From Candidatus Wukongarchaeum yapensis (GTDB lineage Archaea > Asgardarchaeota > Wukongarchaeia > Wukongarchaeales > Wukongarchaeaceae), in NCBI GenBank assembly GCA_016840425.1, contig JAEOSI010000002.1, positions 1-27,598 on the forward strand: a DNA stretch of 27,598 nt, given 5' to 3'. Each line of letters begins with the position of its first letter. Position 1 is the first letter of the stretch. The notes beneath the pieces are model-generated. The model made no database searches. It was not told where the DNA came from and saw only the letters and a list, made by a program, of their open reading frames with translations. A program made the position numbers and the translations under genes. This document shows positions 24,774 to 27,598 of this stretch, piece by piece.

Positions 24774-25589
24774 TTGAAAAGAATTGAAGATCTTGAAGTT
24801 GAAAAGATAGATAAAAGGAGGGAGAAGCGGAAAAAAAGCGAATGGTTGCGGGCGATAGAAAGCGTTTTTGATGGATATACTTTAAAAGCCCTTTATGATT
24901 TGATTGATTTTGGTTCTGAAGAAATCAAGGGTATGGATTTTCGAGGCGTGATTTCTTCAGGAAAAGAAGCTAATGTTTACTATGCTTTAAGCCCTAAGGG
25001 GGAAGAGTTAGCAATTAAGATATACCGAACGGTGGCTGTGGAGTTTAAACGAATGGAAGCATATATTATTGGGGATCCGCGTTTTAAAAAACGTCGCAAA
25101 TCCACTCACGCTTTAATATATGATTGGGCTAGAAAAGAGTTCGCTAATCTCACGAAAATGGAAGAAGTTGGGGTAAGAGTGCCCCGCTCTATCGAGCTTA
25201 AACGTAATGTGTTAGTGATGGAGTTTATAGGCGAAGATGGTTTAGCTGCCCCTTTATTAAAAGATTCACCCCCTGAAACCTATGAAGAAGCGGAAAAACT
25301 TTTTAAAACCTTGATTGGCTTCGTTAAGACCCTTTATAATAAGGCAAGTCTTGTACATGCAGATCTTTCAGAATGGAACATAATGATGTTTAACGGTCCT
25401 GTAATTATCGATGTTTCTCAATCCGTTCTTAAGCCGCATCCAAACGCTGAAATATTCCTTTTAAGAGATTTGAAAAATCTGTTAAGGTATTTTTCCCGTA
25501 TAGGATTGGAGGATCTTCCATCCTTAGAAGAACTGTATGAAGAGATTACCGGAAACCGGCCCTCTGAAAAAGATTTATTTGAAGTTTAA
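24774..25589 (+). CDS. rio1: RIO1 family serine kinase/ATPase
   Basis: ISSGKEANVY, AIKIYR, WARKEFANL, LVHADLSEWN and IIDVSQ. TTG start. Confidence 0.96.
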   Translation: MKRIEDLEVEKIDKRREKRKKSEWLRAIESVFDGYTLKALYDLIDFGSEEIKGMDFRGVISSGKEANVYYALSPKGEELAIKIYRTVAVEFKRMEAYIIGDPRFKKRRKSTHALIYDWARKEFANLTKMEEVGVRVPRSIELKRNVLVMEFIGEDGLAAPLLKDSPPETYEEAEKLFKTLIGFVKTLYNKASLVHADLSEWNIMMFNGPVIIDVSQSVLKPHPNAEIFLLRDLKNLLRYFSRIGLEDLPSLEELYEEITGNRPSEKDLFEV

Positions 25590-25604
25590 GAAACGAGGCA
25601 TGAA

Positions 25605-26138
25605 GTGATGGAATATATAAGTATACCTCTTGATCGTATAGGCGTATTAATAGGCACTAAAGGCCAAGTTAAAAGCGATTTAGAGAGGCTTACAGGCACA
25701 AAAATCACAGTAGACAGTAAGGAAGGCCTCGTAACGATCAAGTTCGTTGAACATGATGACCCTCTGAAAATGTGGAAGGCAAGGGACATAGTTCGAGCCA
25801 TTGGAAGAGGTTTCAGTCCAAAAAACGCTTTTAAACTTTTAAACGACGAAGTATATCTTGAAATAATGACCCTAAACAGCTATTTAGGCCACTCAAAAAG
25901 GACTAAAAAAAGGATTAAAGGAAGAATCATAGGGTTTGGAGGAAAAGCACGAAGAATTATTGAAGATTTAACAAAAACAAAAGTATCTATATATGGGGAT
26001 ACAGTGGCCATAATAGGGAATCTAGAAGATCTGCTAAAGGTAAAAGAAGCGATAGAGATGCTGATAAAAGGATCTCAACACTCAACAGTATATCGAATGT
26101 TATCCTCCTACCGTTCAAGCAAAAAACCTATACCCTGA
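25605..26138 (+). CDS. pno1: KH-domain RNA-processing protein Dim2/Pno1
   Basis: RIGVLIGTKG, AIGRGFSP, KGRIIGFGGKAR, AIIG and G..HSTVY. Follows rio1 as in the conserved archaeal cluster. Confidence 0.93.
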   Translation: MMEYISIPLDRIGVLIGTKGQVKSDLERLTGTKITVDSKEGLVTIKFVEHDDPLKMWKARDIVRAIGRGFSPKNAFKLLNDEVYLEIMTLNSYLGHSKRTKKRIKGRIIGFGGKARRIIEDLTKTKVSIYGDTVAIIGNLEDLLKVKEAIEMLIKGSQHSTVYRMLSSYRSSKKPIP

Positions 26139-26162
26139 CTCCTCATAAAAAGAAGTTATTAT

Positions 26163-26205
26163 CCTCCCCTAAAATACCCCTATTTTTAATTGGGAGGGTT
26201 ATTTT
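26163..26205. terminator. Possible terminator between convergent pno1 and oxidoreductase
   Basis: CCTCCC/GGGAGG inverted repeat with adjacent T tracts in the 70-bp convergent gap. Confidence 0.35.
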
Positions 26206-26207
26206 TC

Positions 26208-27263
26208 TCATGTGATATCTATTGTTTTTCCATTTTTTGCGGCTTCTATCGCGACTATTATGCATTTTAGCGCGTTTCTTCCGTCTTCTCCTGAAACTAC
26301 GGGTTTTTCATGCTTCTTAACACAATTTATGAAATGTTTGTCTTCTAAGTATAAGGGTTCCTCTGTAGCCCCTGATAGGAAGAAGTGTTCTTCCACGGCT
26401 TTTGCCCGATAAGCCGTCAGAACTTCGCTTATGTCATGAGTTGTAGCGTGCCTTATAGTCCCCTTTTCAATACGAAGCTCCTGTAATATATAGTCCAAAG
26501 TGATTAGCCTTGAGCTTGTCTGAGCCTGTAAAACCCTAAGTTTCAGTTCAGGAGATGTACGCCAACTTGCCCTCATATTCGCACTAATTTTTTCTCCTTC
26601 AATCTCATAAAGATAACGTGCATCTATGTCCCAAATAAAATCGGTTCCCCTATAGTTAAAGGTCATAGCTTGAACTTTTTTAGGCAAAACACCGACAAGA
26701 AAAGAAACAATGTCTACTTCATGTACAAGTAGGTCGTGAGCAACACTCACATAACTTTTTGTTTCTCCGCTAGGTGGCCCAGGTCCCAATCTTTGAACGC
26801 TAAAGTGAAAGACACGATCCCCCTCTTCGGCATATTTTCCGAGAAGTTGCTTTAAAGTGTTTACCACGGGTTTAAAACGTTCTATATGTCCTACCTGAAC
26901 GATCCTTCCATGTTTTTTTGCTTCTATAAGGATCGTATCTGCCTCCTCCATAGTACTTGTTATAGGCTTTTCTACAAAAACATCGACGTGAGGGAGTAGT
27001 TCTAAAGCGACCTTCGCATGCAACATCGTAGGAACCGCGATTATAGCGCAATCCGGTCGCCCTTTTTCTATCAAATCTGTTACCGATGAGTAAACGTTTT
27101 CCTCCCCTATTCCATATCTTTTTGCGACATTTTTAGCCTCTTCAAGGCTTATATCGCATATTAAAATCTCGCTTATTTCTCCTTCTGCCTGTAGCTTTTT
27201 AAGGTTTCTAACGTGATTTTTACCCCACCTACCAACGCCCACGACAGCAACTTTTAAACTCAA
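26208..27263 (-). CDS. Gfo/Idh/MocA family NAD-dependent oxidoreductase (nucleotide-sugar dehydrogenase-like)
   Basis: VAVVGVGRWG, VFVEKPI, VGHIERF and HEVD. TTG start after GGTGA. Confidence 0.93.
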   Translation of the reverse strand: MSLKVAVVGVGRWGKNHVRNLKKLQAEGEISEILICDISLEEAKNVAKRYGIGEENVYSSVTDLIEKGRPDCAIIAVPTMLHAKVALELLPHVDVFVEKPITSTMEEADTILIEAKKHGRIVQVGHIERFKPVVNTLKQLLGKYAEEGDRVFHFSVQRLGPGPPSGETKSYVSVAHDLLVHEVDIVSFLVGVLPKKVQAMTFNYRGTDFIWDIDARYLYEIEGEKISANMRASWRTSPELKLRVLQAQTSSRLITLDYILQELRIEKGTIRHATTHDISEVLTAYRAKAVEEHFFLSGATEEPLYLEDKHFINCVKKHEKPVVSGEDGRNALKCIIVAIEAAKNGKTIDIT

Positions 27264-27359
27264 AAATCATCACCTGATTAAATAAATACTGATATATTTT
27301 AGTTCTTTAATTTAGTTTTTGATAGAACGATTTAAAACCGTGACTGGAGAGAATTGGTT

Positions 27360-27598
27360 TTGGTTATCGATTTATGGGTAGATGTTCTTACGCCTAAACA
27401 GGCGTTATTTTTTTACAGGCTTGTTAAAGATTATGAGGGGGAGGGGTTAAAGGTATGGGTGACCACTCGCCATTATAGGGAGGCTTTACAACAGCTTAAA
27501 CTTAAAAATTTGCGGGCAACAGTTATTGGTAAACATGGAGAAACTCTTGAGGAAAAACTGGTTTCAAGTATCGAAAGAACCCTCATCCTAACACGTTT
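27360..27598 (+). CDS. DUF354 family protein (GT-B-like), N-terminus only
   Basis: Hand translation LVIDLWVDVLTPKQALFF...VTTRHYRE...IGKHGETLEEKL. TTG start after GGAGAG; runs off the window end. Confidence 0.85.
   Translation, partial: MVIDLWVDVLTPKQALFFYRLVKDYEGEGLKVWVTTRHYREALQQLKLKNLRATVIGKHGETLEEKLVSSIERTLILTR

Noticed and set aside
776-26412. Numerous short ORFs in the track overlapping real genes or relics (e.g. 776-1015, 3134-4303, 5614-6279, 12652-12846, 14865-15071, 18003-18728, 19029-20933, 22397-22606, 24221-24529)
   Set aside because: They are antisense or alternate-frame shadows, or frames through promoter DNA, with no family motifs.

Overview
Archaeal genomic window, inferred from aIF-2beta, aIF-1A, Nmd3, Rio1, Dim2/Pno1, an RPA32-like protein, frequent TTG/GTG starts with Shine-Dalgarno sites, and TATA/BRE promoters. 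The exact lineage cannot be fixed from this window. Core-looking genes: hppA (partial), tungsten AOR plus MoaD/SAMP, MTA/MTI phosphorylase plus deaminase, a ZnuABC-type metal transporter with NikR, adenine deaminase plus tautomerase, the translation/ribosome-biogenesis cluster at 22-26 kb, a Gfo/Idh/MocA dehydrogenase and DUF354 (partial). Two patches of small accessory genes lie at about 4.8-9.0 kb and 15.6-18.7 kb. Features missed by the ORF track: (1) a degraded rpoE1(3' half)-spt4 relic fused directly to the right end of an internally deleted IS200/IS605 tnpB element, so the predicted omegaRNA guide is RNA-polymerase sequence; (2) six copies of that element's GTGAAC hairpin end, two of which supply stop codons to host genes; (3) IS5 and PIN/VapC relics; (4) a duplicated ~95-bp promoter/operator in front of znuA and znuBC, a Cys4/His6 tail on ZnuB, a probable AUC start for znuA and an adjacent NikR, which together look like an unusual metal-regulated uptake module; (5) an AhpD-like gene with its catalytic helix deleted in frame; (6) a strand skew that resets at intergenic regions regardless of gene orientation. 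All calls are by eye; no database search was run.
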